64,000 nt of DNA, taken from Balanoglossus misakiensis. Taxonomy: Eukaryota > Animalia > Hemichordata. The notes below the pieces were generated by a model that was not told the DNA's origin, ran no database searches, and was given only the letters and a program-made list of their open reading frames with translations. A program made the position numbers and the translations under genes. Each line of letters starts with the position of its first letter. The stretch's first letter is position 1. This document shows, piece after piece, positions 38,986 through 50,229 of the stretch. Where the stretch lies: positions 12,217,129-12,281,128 of the forward strand of contig CM082576.2 in assembly GCA_040954595.2 (NCBI GenBank), in the 5' to 3' direction.

Positions 38986-41900
38986 ATGGCGTATCCGGGA
39001 GCAAGGCAGAAGAGGACGACGAAAGTGGAATTCGAGCGATGTTTGCACGATTGGAAACCGGGTGTCGATGCATCCAAGGCGGCTAGAACAGCGGAGGAAA
39101 TAACAAGGAGGTAAGAGTTTCTGTAAAAAAAAAACCGCACTGAGTATATACAAAGATGACAATTGCGCTTTACTCGAATGATGGTCATCCAAAATTAGGG
39201 GGAGAATTCTCCTGTCTTTCACTGCGAACATCCATGCTGTCCCATACAACACATTTTATCGGTCACCACACTAAAATACGGGCGACGTGACATCGTGTAC
39301 ACGAAGCTTAAATTTTGAACCTTTTCGTTCTCCCCAAATCCCGACTATTCATTCGGAAGACACTACCAGTCATTCATTGCCACCGGAAGCATTGCGACGT
39401 ATTTCATTGGAGATACATAACGCTTGTTTGACCGAGTTTCAGAGGCCTTTCCGGGGGCCAAACCAGTAAAATGTACGGGTATGGTCACAAAACGCAATTG
39501 CTTCGCTCATGTTACAATCCCGAAGCCAAAATGGGTACTTAATTCTTTATTCCAAAAAGTTCGCGATGTTCGCATAGCTGAACAACTCTACGTGTTCCGG
39601 CGAAAAACACCGAGACAACATCTGTTGCTGCTAGTAGTCTTCGACTATTTGTCAGATCGTGTTACAAGAGGGCGAAGTCGGTCGCGTTCACAAATTTACG
39701 AGACATGATTGTAAAATGCACCGTCGATATATTAAAATTGGAACAGATCTTTACTACTGCAAATAATATATGTTGTAGCCTGTCTGTAATTGCACGGTAT
39801 GTAGTCACGGTTACAAAATATTTGCATGGCGATAAATCCACATTTTTTTTAATTTTTGGTTGCTTTTTGCGGTATCACTATCAAATGTGTTCACAGACCG
39901 ACCTTTCACCTGACCTTGCGCTAGAACAGTTAAATGTACTGGTAGGCACTCTTACACTCTGGTCCTCTGGATTAAATGTGGATTTTGACCTATTGACCTT
40001 TCGGGAAGACTTGGAGACTCGTGAAAAATACCATCGTTCTTTTTTCACATTATTTAGAGAAAAAATGTCATATAGTATAGTATACACTTAACATTTTATA
40101 ACTATCCACACCAAACAGTCCATATAGACGTCGTGAGATAAATTTAGATTTTAATGACAAATCTATTTATAAATACAGTAATATTGGTCGGTTGTACATT
40201 CCCGGCGGTAACAATTTGAACTCCGTGGGAAACACAGCCAAAATAGTGTTCATCTGGTAGTGTATGGTTGTGTAAGACGACATATTCCAGCAGTCTTGCG
40301 AAAAAAGTACATCTGTCAGACTTAACTGATTTTTTTTGGAAATGCCGCGGGAAAAGTATAAATGAATTTGCCGATTTGCCACAGTGCCGTCACCATTCTA
40401 GCTGCGGCGACCTTTAACACATAAGTCAAATGCAATAATGGCCACATGATATGCATGTTGGCAATTTTCCAGTATTTCTGTTCTGTGTATCGGCGCGGTT
40501 GCATTTTCTGGTTCGAGTCTCTTTCGCATGATACACTGCCTACTGTGCATATATTTATCAACTCCGAAGCGCCCATGTGTGCACGAATTGCATTGCTATT
40601 TGTCAAAAAAAAATCAAGATTTATATTCGGACTGAATTCATTTGTCAGCAGTAACAGTGGTCGTTACTCACGCTGACTCAGGCTGTGTTTAATAATCAGA
40701 ATTCTGGAACGTGTTGTCCAGCTGGCACGGGGAGTTGAATTGAAACCACAGACACCAAATTAAATAGCCAACTTCTGTCGCTTCACTACTCGTCACATTT
40801 TTAAAAAGCACCGCCGGTCTATACCAAACAACACCTTCTCAGATTAAATTTGTCAACTTTACTACATGGATTTCTTATCCATTTTCTTTTCACTTTCTAT
40901 TAAATCGCTTGATTTTTAGTGTGTTTTCCCTTTGATAACCACCGGTATCATCCGACAAGGGCGAACGACAGGGAATGAGAATTTTGCTTTGTCATTTTTC
41001 TTGAGTTGCATCCGCCCCATATAGTATATTTTTCGGTTCATGTTTAAATGTTCCTCGCGTTGTACCCACATGTTATTTCTATACGACTCTCCAGGCGTGA
41101 AAGATTGCTGGAAATTTTATCCGACCAAGATGCCTCCGCGATGGACGCCATTGAAGCTTTGCGACAATATCTTGAAATGCCTGTGAAACAGCTTATAAAC
41201 ATGGTAAGAATCCCAACAAGGGATAGGTGCTACTCCCCCGGGGCTCTCCCCTTAGAGGGGTATACACATACGTACCTTGGTTTTGACCCCCCCCCCTTCT
41301 CTGTCGCTTTGCTGTAAACATTTAACAAAAATACAAAAAAATAGAATTGTGCGATATTGACAACCATTGCAGGTTGGACGGTCGGTTTGGTTCTTGCGAG
41401 AAAAGAATAATCAGACCGACTACGAATCCAAAAACTGTGGTCATCACACGTCCAGAAAACGTGACACGGACAAAGCAATTCAAATCTAAGTGACATGCCT
41501 ATATTGATTGTTTATCACCTTTTCTCACCCTCAGGCGAACGGAACGGCAAATATCAGGTAAGTTCCTTTGAATGTTTCCGCAAACGCATGTTATAGATCA
41601 CGATAGTTAATGAAAACCTGACATTTCACTGTGTTACGGCACGCTGGCCGTTCAGTTCCGAAACAGGGCAGTGAGCAAATATAGTTACCACAACTAAACA
41701 TTGGTAAATCTAAAAAGATTGTACACGGGGAAGAAAACACACACAAAAAAAAATAAATGACTACCTTAAATGTGACCAGGTGTGGGAAATGAAAGAATAA
41801 AGTTCATGGTTCTGTAGCGCACGACGAACGCGACCAGCACCACGGCAGTCCCAACAGTGACGTTCAGTCCGAGTAGCGTTCTGGCACAATTCCCCGGTAG

Positions 41901-44900
41901 ACGGCACGGCTTTCAGACGAATTCCCCCATGAGGTAGCACGACTTCTGGGCGCGGTTTCCAGACCAGGTCAGCATGAAACAAGGCACAGCTTCCAAGCCG
42001 GCGAGGAACAGATTAACAGCTCACACGGGCAAGTCCAAATTAGTAGCAACGCCGCACACAACGTGCGGGCTTTTTATATGGGGAAAATAATGAATGCACC
42101 ACACCTGGTCACGCAAAATTCAAATTACGAAAGTAAGCGAAAACACACCTGGTCACAAAACAACAGCAAACTTCTCCTACGTAACAACTGTCTCTGACAG
42201 TTGTGGGCTCGACTCTGGGCCAACAATCCCAGCGCTAACTATTCCTCAAAAGTGTCCAGCATTCGTATCATGCCAGTTTCTAGAAGACGTTGGTTACAGG
42301 CTTCAAATAGGACACCTCTGCTTTAGACGTTACAGTTTATGTAATGAATGACTAACGTTATTCTGAAAATGCTGAACTGTCAATCGACAGGCCCTCACTT
42401 TTACGTAGTTCCTGGTTTGGACCTTACCACATACCCTGGGGCGATGCAGCACAGGCGTTGTATAGTATGCCGTAGTACCATAGACCATGGAGTGCATAGA
42501 CCCAGGGTATGGTGACCCGTAGTTGTCTCCCTCAGGAAAGGGCTTATATACGTTTTCCTATCTCAAACTGTTGTAGATTTTACTGGTTGAACACCGTCGG
42601 CAGTGAAGTCACAGTCCATTTCGATGATGCCATCTTCGACTTTTCCTCCATTATGATGAAGACGGCGCTGTGGATGAAGGAACAGGGTATCATCGTTCTG
42701 GCGGTAAGAGAGTTTCATAAGTGGCGATGAGCGCCAACAGCCTGTATTGAATTCAAGGGCTCCTGATATAGATTATGTCTGTCTGTCTGTCTGTCGGTCG
42801 GTCTGTCTGTCGCCAAAGTAAAACAGTACTGCCGTTACGCCCTTTTCACGAAATTGCTCCTTCTCTTCTTCCCAGGATCCTGAAAACTTGCTGTGGGCAG
42901 CTGCTATATTCGATTGTATGCTGGAATTGAATTTGAACGGATCATCGCCAGATTTACACAGTATGTGCCGGTTTATTCTATAATGATAATCATTATACGA
43001 GTTTTCTACATTCGCCCAATCAGTACACGACAGCTGAGTAACCCCGCTTCCTTCTTTTCGCAGGACAGAATGTCAGAGCGTTATCAGTGCAATGTTCGGG
43101 AGAAGCGTTGGTAAGTGTTAATATACCTTCATGAATTATTTTACACTGTGTATATAAAAGAAATTGCCCGAACACTGAGTGCCTTGCTCTGAGTGGTCAG
43201 ATACGAGCGTCCCTGCATGCAAATGAGAAATGACGAATTGATGACGTCAGGCTGTCATCGACTCGTGATGGCGGCGGCTAACAGTAGTCGACCAATGCTT
43301 ACGTATTTCTCCGACATAGCTCTTTCCTACGACACTAAAATTGTGATCACTGATATATATGTATTTACAAATCTACAAAGTTATGATAAAATGTGATAGT
43401 TCGAAAAAACTCATAATCACTTCCTCTCCTCGTCTCTACCCTCTTTACAGTTAATGAGATGTCGAGATAATCTAGAATTCTTGTCACCAAGTCAGTGTCG
43501 AGACATCGCTATTTTAGCGGCAGAGAGGTTTGAAGAAACGTTAAACATCATAGACGTAAGTAACATTTTGTCATTTATCCGTGAAATGGTATTTCATTCG
43601 CAAAGGCCTAACATATTGAAACCTTGTCCGTGTACTCAGTTGACCGGTTAGTTTTTGATGGTAGAGTGTCATACTATTGCTGCTTGTCTTTGCAGGGACA
43701 AACAGAAAGCGGCAAGAAATGGAAAGAGTTTGTGAAGTTTAAATGTAAGTATACTGAGATTTTACAACCACCGCATTTATCTTAAGTTATTGAAGACATA
43801 TGCCTATATACACATGCTGACCCACCAACTCCAAAGCTATGAGTGTGACCATCGACCATACAGGAGGGTTGATGGTGTGACTGTATGTATGCCATTCCCT
43901 CAATATCTTTGTGAATAGATCGCCAATAACAAGACACTATTGACGATTCTCATTTAATTTCGAACAGATAACTTGTGTTATGCACTAGCAAGGACATTTC
44001 AGTCGAAACTTCTCTCGGAAAAATTAAGGTAAGCATGCAGGTAGCAATATTCGGACCGTTTCATCTGTTTCAGCGTCTGTTAACTTCGACAAAAAGTTGA
44101 AAGTGATAAACCTAAATCCACGTGAAAGAGATGACGCCGGATTTCACTATTGCTCGCTGAAGCTATTTCCACACATGCGTGTTACAATTGTTGGAACTTT
44201 AACGTCAGGTACAGTGTTTTTTTGTCCTTGTCGAATTGTAGACATGAAGAAGCTATGTCTGCCGTAAAGCATGCCAAGTATCACATGAGACTGGCCAAAG
44301 AAAAGGCGGAGGTGAGTAGATACAGGGGGCGCAAAATCAGAACAGATAATCAGTGGTACGAGAGGGAGGGGAAAGAGAACGGAGAGCATAGAGGAAGAGA
44401 TAGGGACAGAGGGGGAGAGACAGAGGGTGAGAAGGGTGATTATATGAAATATGAGAGAGTGGGAAGTTGAAAGCAGTTTCTTGATCAGGCATCCTTATAT
44501 GACGTATATCGACTTGAATTTTTATCCTCAGGGCTTCGATGTATTTGATCCGGCGACAGTCATCACGCTATCACGAGGAGAAGAGTTTCGTAGGTCAGTC
44601 AAAGTAACATATTCACAGCATTTGTCCTCGTTTAAATGACGTGGCAATACAAACATTTATATTGACATTTATATTTATTATTAAAACCGCGAGTAAAAAA
44701 TGATAGTTAATGGGCCTAATGCTCAAAATGACATCACTATCTATATTTTTTTTTGTTTTTCTCGTTTTAAACTATTCAAGCGCAAGTTATAATTTGTTTT
44801 GCCTAACTTTCTTTGTAATTTGTCATGATTTTGTAATAAAAATATTTGTTTCAGAATCGATTTCTTGGTGGAGAAGAGAATACAGGAATGTGAGAAGATT

Positions 44901-45945
44901 TCAGGTCTCAAAGTTACAGACGATGTACGCATTGTAGGTTTTTGAATGTTTTTAATGTTGTGATTGCATTTTCCGTCCCCTTTTGTCTTTTACTCTAAAT
45001 CGAATAATAAAATATGGAAAACTTCCATATATGCACAAGCCACTATGGAAATATCCGAATTGTAGTTGAACGGGTATTATCTATGTTTATAACACGGTGA
45101 ATATTTCCCGTTGTTATTTTTAAAGGAAGCGAGTCCACTGCAACTCGGTCCAAACTGGGAAGAGCTGGTGGACCAGAGAGTGTTCCAGCTGCCGCCAAAG
45201 CAGTACAACACGTGAGTATACGTACGCGCATGCGTGTTCTTTCTGGCCCAGTCATTCTGAGGTGGTGTCGTTTGTTTCAATCCTAGCGGAAACTCATAGT
45301 ACATCACTTGTCACTTCATGTATTGTTTTTGCGGAGTTTTGCTGTTTTCTAGACACGCATTTCGAAGTTGAATGCCGTCACAAGATCATCTTACCAATTA
45401 TTGACCAATGCTCACAAATGTCAGACAAATTACTGCATTTGTATCTTTGTGATATTCTTTGTATTCATCTCCGCAAAAACGACATAGTCGTGAATATCTG
45501 AATGGTTTTTGCCGTTGATCACTTCTGGCAATCGATTAAATCATGTTTTTTGGTCAACCAATTCTTTTCTGGTTTGTCGTATAGATGGCTCGGGGATATT
45601 TCCAACGGAATTTCGAGTAAGTAGTGACGTCATCATTTCAAACGTTGAAATTTAACATCTCTTGATTTTCTTGTCAATACTGTGCTCCTATGAATAGTTG
45701 AAAGACATCCGTCTGCACGCTAAAGTTTAGTCATTTTCATTTCCCTTCCCTTGTCAGCTCCCGACGGAATACCCAGCGCTGACGAATCCGGTTTCGAAGA
45801 ACCATCGTGTTGTATAGTATGTTTGTCTGAGTGCATCGCATTGCCGCGGAGATTTGTCAGGTGGATGTTCGGCAAGTCAGACGACGAAGAAACGCAAATG
45901 ATCGCACTCGAGCAAAAACAGTACGGATCGAGCGCGGGCGAATAA
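38986..45945 (+). CDS. Divergent BRO1-domain protein, BROX-like paralog, 412 aa, 15 exons
   Basis: Exons 38986-39110, 41095-41203, 41535-41557, 42577-42703, 42876-42960, 43064-43110, 43451-43555, 43696-43744, 43968-44028, 44242-44311, 44532-44593, 44855-44924, 45126-45211, 45585-45616, 45758-45945. All introns are GT-AG with matching phases, giving 1239 nt. Colinear similarity to remembered human BROX: KRTTKVEF~KATAPVSF, RERLLEILSD~RARLLELFTD, FYWLNTV..DAIFDFSSIMMKTALW~FKWTDTL..DAVFELISMGFNVALW, LWAAAIF~KIAAGIF, VQCSGEA~IQCQAEA, KKWKEFVKFK~AKWRKYLHLK, LVEKRIQECEK~LVKNTLEKCQR, VFQLPP~PFEFPP. Confidence 0.85.
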
Positions 45946-48931
45946 AAACAAAAGAATCGATTCAAAGCCGACTCCAGGAGGTGTGAGGGCGCTCGAGAGC
46001 GCGAACTGCCATAGGATGACAAGGAAACCAAGTGTTTAATTCATAATTGGGGTAATTTACATATGTAAATATTTTTAAAAGCTGGAGATTTATAACTGTG
46101 GATCTTTTATTATTTTACTCGTTGGAAGTGTTTTAAAATGATCACTATTTATCGTGGCCACTGCTCAGCTAGGGGAGAGTCACTTAATATCAGATGCAAA
46201 CTTGAATGCAATTTATCTGAACTTCTATACACTATTTTTGTCAAGACAGCCCTACTGCATCAGACGAGTGGTCTGACGACAGTACGGTCTTGATCACTAC
46301 ACCGTATAAATATCACACACAATCACTCTCCTTTTTAATTGGTTAGTATACAATTTTCCACAGTCTTTACCTGTAGACCCCTTGTATTCGAATTGTATAG
46401 TACAGTAATTTAAATCTAAGCCAAGATTTCAATTTCTATATTAGTTGTGCAATATTAATTTTAACGTGTAAATATATCAATAAAGATTGTATAAAATACA
46501 GGTATCTTTGTCATTGTCTGTGTGATCTACCGTTGAATAAATGATTCTGTGTAGACAACTGCCTTGCCAGTAACAAATTGCTCATCTACTCTGACATGGT
46601 GACCGTCTCATGTGAAAGAATCTTACACACAAGAGATGTGTTAAGATCCCCTATCGTGAAAATGTTAGCCGGGCATCAAAGCCCGCTTTGCATAAATAAG
46701 CTCATGGGCGTGATCGGAATCTACGCATAAAACACGACCCACCTTAAATCAACAATTTCGGGCAAACACTTGAAACAAATTTCCTTTGTGAGACGAGAGT
46801 ACAGGTTACACAATAATATATAAAATTCAAAATATAATCTATAGACACGTTACAATATATTAACGAGAATGGAAATGCACGGTACTCCCAAGATATTAGA
46901 ACGTATCATCTTCGGCCCGGCCTACCTGTACATTATACCATACAATAGAATGGACACCAAAATATGATATTACAAATGTCATGTACAGAGAGATATAAAG
47001 AGTTTTTATCAGCTTTCTATAAACTTGCTAAAACATAATATCCCGTGGCATAAGACTCAAATTACAGTGCCAATCGTTTTCGTCTAACTGTTAGCTAAAC
47101 TTAAATAGCTTAGTATGGTAATTAAGATAAACCTAAGTCAAGATTTTTTTTATCGTGCGCATATATGCGCTGGCTGGATTCCATTGTAATGATACCTGTC
47201 GTCTGCGCGACACATTATCCAGTCTGACATCTGTGATTCATTTTTTTTCAACAACCAAATGCGAAACATAAACAAACCCCTCTTATATCTGTTAATTAGT
47301 AAAACGTTTTTGATTAACTATTGTCACGAATGTGAAACCTGTTCAGTTGAAGTCGCAGTTTCATTCTGGGGTGGTGCCTGGACATTCCGTGCCCAGGTGG
47401 ACGAGTCACTAATACTCGAGGTGTGCGTAGGAAGTGGACGATAGGCCTATAGTCAACGTTCAGCTATCTTTTCAACGTTACGTATACACCATCGATAAGG
47501 TTTTCTTACTACATTTGAATATAACATAAAAAGCCTGTGCATTGATGTGAACGGAAAAGTAAGGTATGTGACGTAATAACCCCTACAACGACTAATGACA
47601 GGTGTGTAGCCCACACGCAGTTGATCCAAGCAGCCAAACCCTTCGCGGAATTATACGTCCAGCTTTAGAAAATATGGTATAAACAATGTTATGAAGATAC
47701 ATCGAACTCTTGGCGGACTTGTATTAGTAATTTGAACGAGTTTTGGGACAAGTGTTTAAAAATTAATAGTTTTAATATATTGTTTATCTGTGGAGATACA
47801 TGTTTGATATTAACAGCCGACTGGCCTGATAACAATCAAACCTCTGACAAAACTTGATCGAGGTGAAATGTGAGTAATCACGTGATGGTGCCGAATGAGT
47901 CGACACGACAAACTATATTCATTCATTCACTTTTCCAGTCATTTGCTTCGCTCTCCAAGCTACTTATCCATACGATTTTGCACCGAAACACACACTCGGT
48001 GAAATATACCATAAGCGTGACTCCAAAATGAATACATTATTAATTGGGTTCAGAGGTCAGATTGAGAATTAAACAGCAACCGGGCAAGTGTTAACTGTTA
48101 TATTTTATCGACTAAAGTTTACAGTCTGAAAAAAACGGTTGCAAGGTTTTCTGGTCACACCGTGAGAAATACTGACCCAGATTGGTCCCAGCAAACCCAC
48201 TCAGCTGCTACAAACCACAGACTTGTGGACACTTAACACCGTGATGTCATGTTCAACATTGAAGGGTAAGAAGTGGTAACCATAGGGATACGACACCATT
48301 CCCATTTCAGGACCTACAGCTTAGGAACATCATACCCCCAGCACATATAATACCCGATTGCCCGGTTTAACTACGCGGTAATAGCAACCTTTGTACAGGT
48401 TATACGCGAGGAAAATCAGCCGAAGCACAGACAAGACTTGGCCACTCCAACAGGTGGGTGAAATAATCATCAGAAATCTCTATAATAGTACATGTCCGAT
48501 TCGAACGGTTCAAGGCTGGGATTTTCTTTATCAAATCTACCAGTGATAGTTAACTCATTAATTAATGTGATATTTAATTAAGCAAGGATAAGCACCGCGT
48601 AAAAATCTATGTCAATATTGGCAGACTTTGCGCGTCCAGCGTCACAGGTGCACTAATTAGATTTAGCATCTAAAATATGCATGTCTTTAATTGAATGTGC
48701 TGAAACAATACCCTAATAAATATCATCGAGAATATACTACGGAGTATACTCCTATGAGATTTTAAATTTTCTAATTGTTTAGGAAGGTATATTCACTAAA
48801 AGGGCGTTATGTGGTAATATTTTGAAAGGGGATACAACGTATATTATGCTGAAGATAAAAATTATGTTAAAAATATAACGATAAACATAATTTCTTGTCA
48901 CACTTTTGGTCTTTTACTTTTTTATCAAGCT

Positions 48932-49482
48932 ATGTCGGAAGAGGAACCATCGGGCTGTCAGAAATGCTGCACCATTTTTCTGAAGATTTTGGCGCTGATA
49001 GTTTGCATACCGGTCGCTGTCATACTCACAGTCTACGGTTTATTGATATGGTTGCTGCTACTTCTGAGTAAGTACATCTACAAATGTCAAGAACCATTTG
49101 TGTATCAAGAGCGTTGTGCTGTGACAGGCTGACCATTGTTGCATAAGTTTATCGGGGTGAACAGTCTCGACGTTGCATTCATTCTGTTTTTAGCGACTTT
49201 AAATAAACATTATATATACACACCTCATCATTTTTGCAAAAGTTATAGGCCTACATGTATCACTAGTGTATTAATCAAGAACACATTTTTGTTTCTTGCC
49301 CACAAGTTCGTTGCTGCTGTCCGTGTTGTTCGCCGTGCATCATGTGCTTGCAGGCGATGCTGGCGTGGTTGACGAAGCTACCTTGGCGCTTTTGCAGATG
49401 GGTTGTCGGGAAACCAGCGGACGACGACTACGACGAAGAAAAACAGGTGTTCTCCGACGAGAAAGCCCTCTACGGAGACTGA
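48932..49482 (+). CDS. Small Cys-rich membrane protein, 103 aa, TAXIMIN-like (2 coding exons)
   Basis: Exons 48932-49067 (donor A|GTAAGT) and 49307-49482 (acceptor after a pyrimidine tract, stop TGA). Protein: MSEEEPSGCQKCCTIFLKILALIVCIPVAVILTVYGLLIWLLLLLIRCCCPCCSPCIMCLQAMLAWLTKLPWRFCRWVVGKPADDDYDEEKQVFSDEKALYGD. An acceptor at 48928-48929 precedes the ATG, and a candidate upstream exon lies at 48399-48453. Confidence 0.8.
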
Positions 49483-50229
49483 CCGCAACAAATACAAACT
49501 TTCACCGAGAGAGGGCGCCCTGGTGTAAGCTCAGTCGCTGCCACAATAGTTGTCCGGACAACTGAACTCCTTACAACTAGAACAGTTTTGTGAACAGCAC
49601 TATTTTATTGTAAACACTTGACTGTACTTGTCCAGTAAAACTGAACACAGAAATGCATAATAGTATAACTTTTCACACCAAGGTGGCACTGCACATTACA
49701 TGGCGTATTTTGGCCAATTTGGTTTGTCTCATACTGACACTTATTATTGGTGCAAATGTGACCATCAAAAACCTCTGTTGATCTAACGTTCCAGATGTAA
49801 CTGTTATGCAGATGAGCATGATATTGTTATTAGTGAATTTTCCCCACAAAATTCAAATGAATTTATCTTGGCACAGCACGAGCTGAAACACCTCAAATTT
49901 TCACTTCATCAAATGAATGTTGCATAACAAGAAATATTTAGCCTGTCCATAAAGTACAGTACTCACAGCGGGAATAAATTATGTCAATTGAAACTGTTCG
50001 TGCGATTTTCATGAATTTTTGGTATCTTTTGGCGAACAGACCACTTCTCACTCACATTCCCTCTGGCAGACAGTTGTATGCTCTTGCCCTCAAGGCCAAT
50101 CAATGTGTGTATAACTGCACTAACCTGATCTAGAACAGGATGGAAATATCAAGACATCATCCATACTGATTAACTTTGATAGCCAAGCACAGATCTTTCT
50201 GAAGCACAAAACTATGAAGACACTCATGG

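Noticed and set aside
41833-41853. RE1/NRSE-like CAGCACCACGGCAG
   Set aside because: It lacks the GGACAG half-site and correct spacing.
44147-44241. ORF segment LAEAISTHACYNCW as part of the BROX-like protein
   Set aside because: It is intronic. Exon 43968-44028 fits both phase and homology, and the true acceptor is at 44241.
48244-48265. Upstream ATGs extending the microprotein N-terminus via exon 48399-48453
   Set aside because: Neither ATG is in the required phase and the compatible frame has a TGA, so these exons, if real, are 5' UTR.
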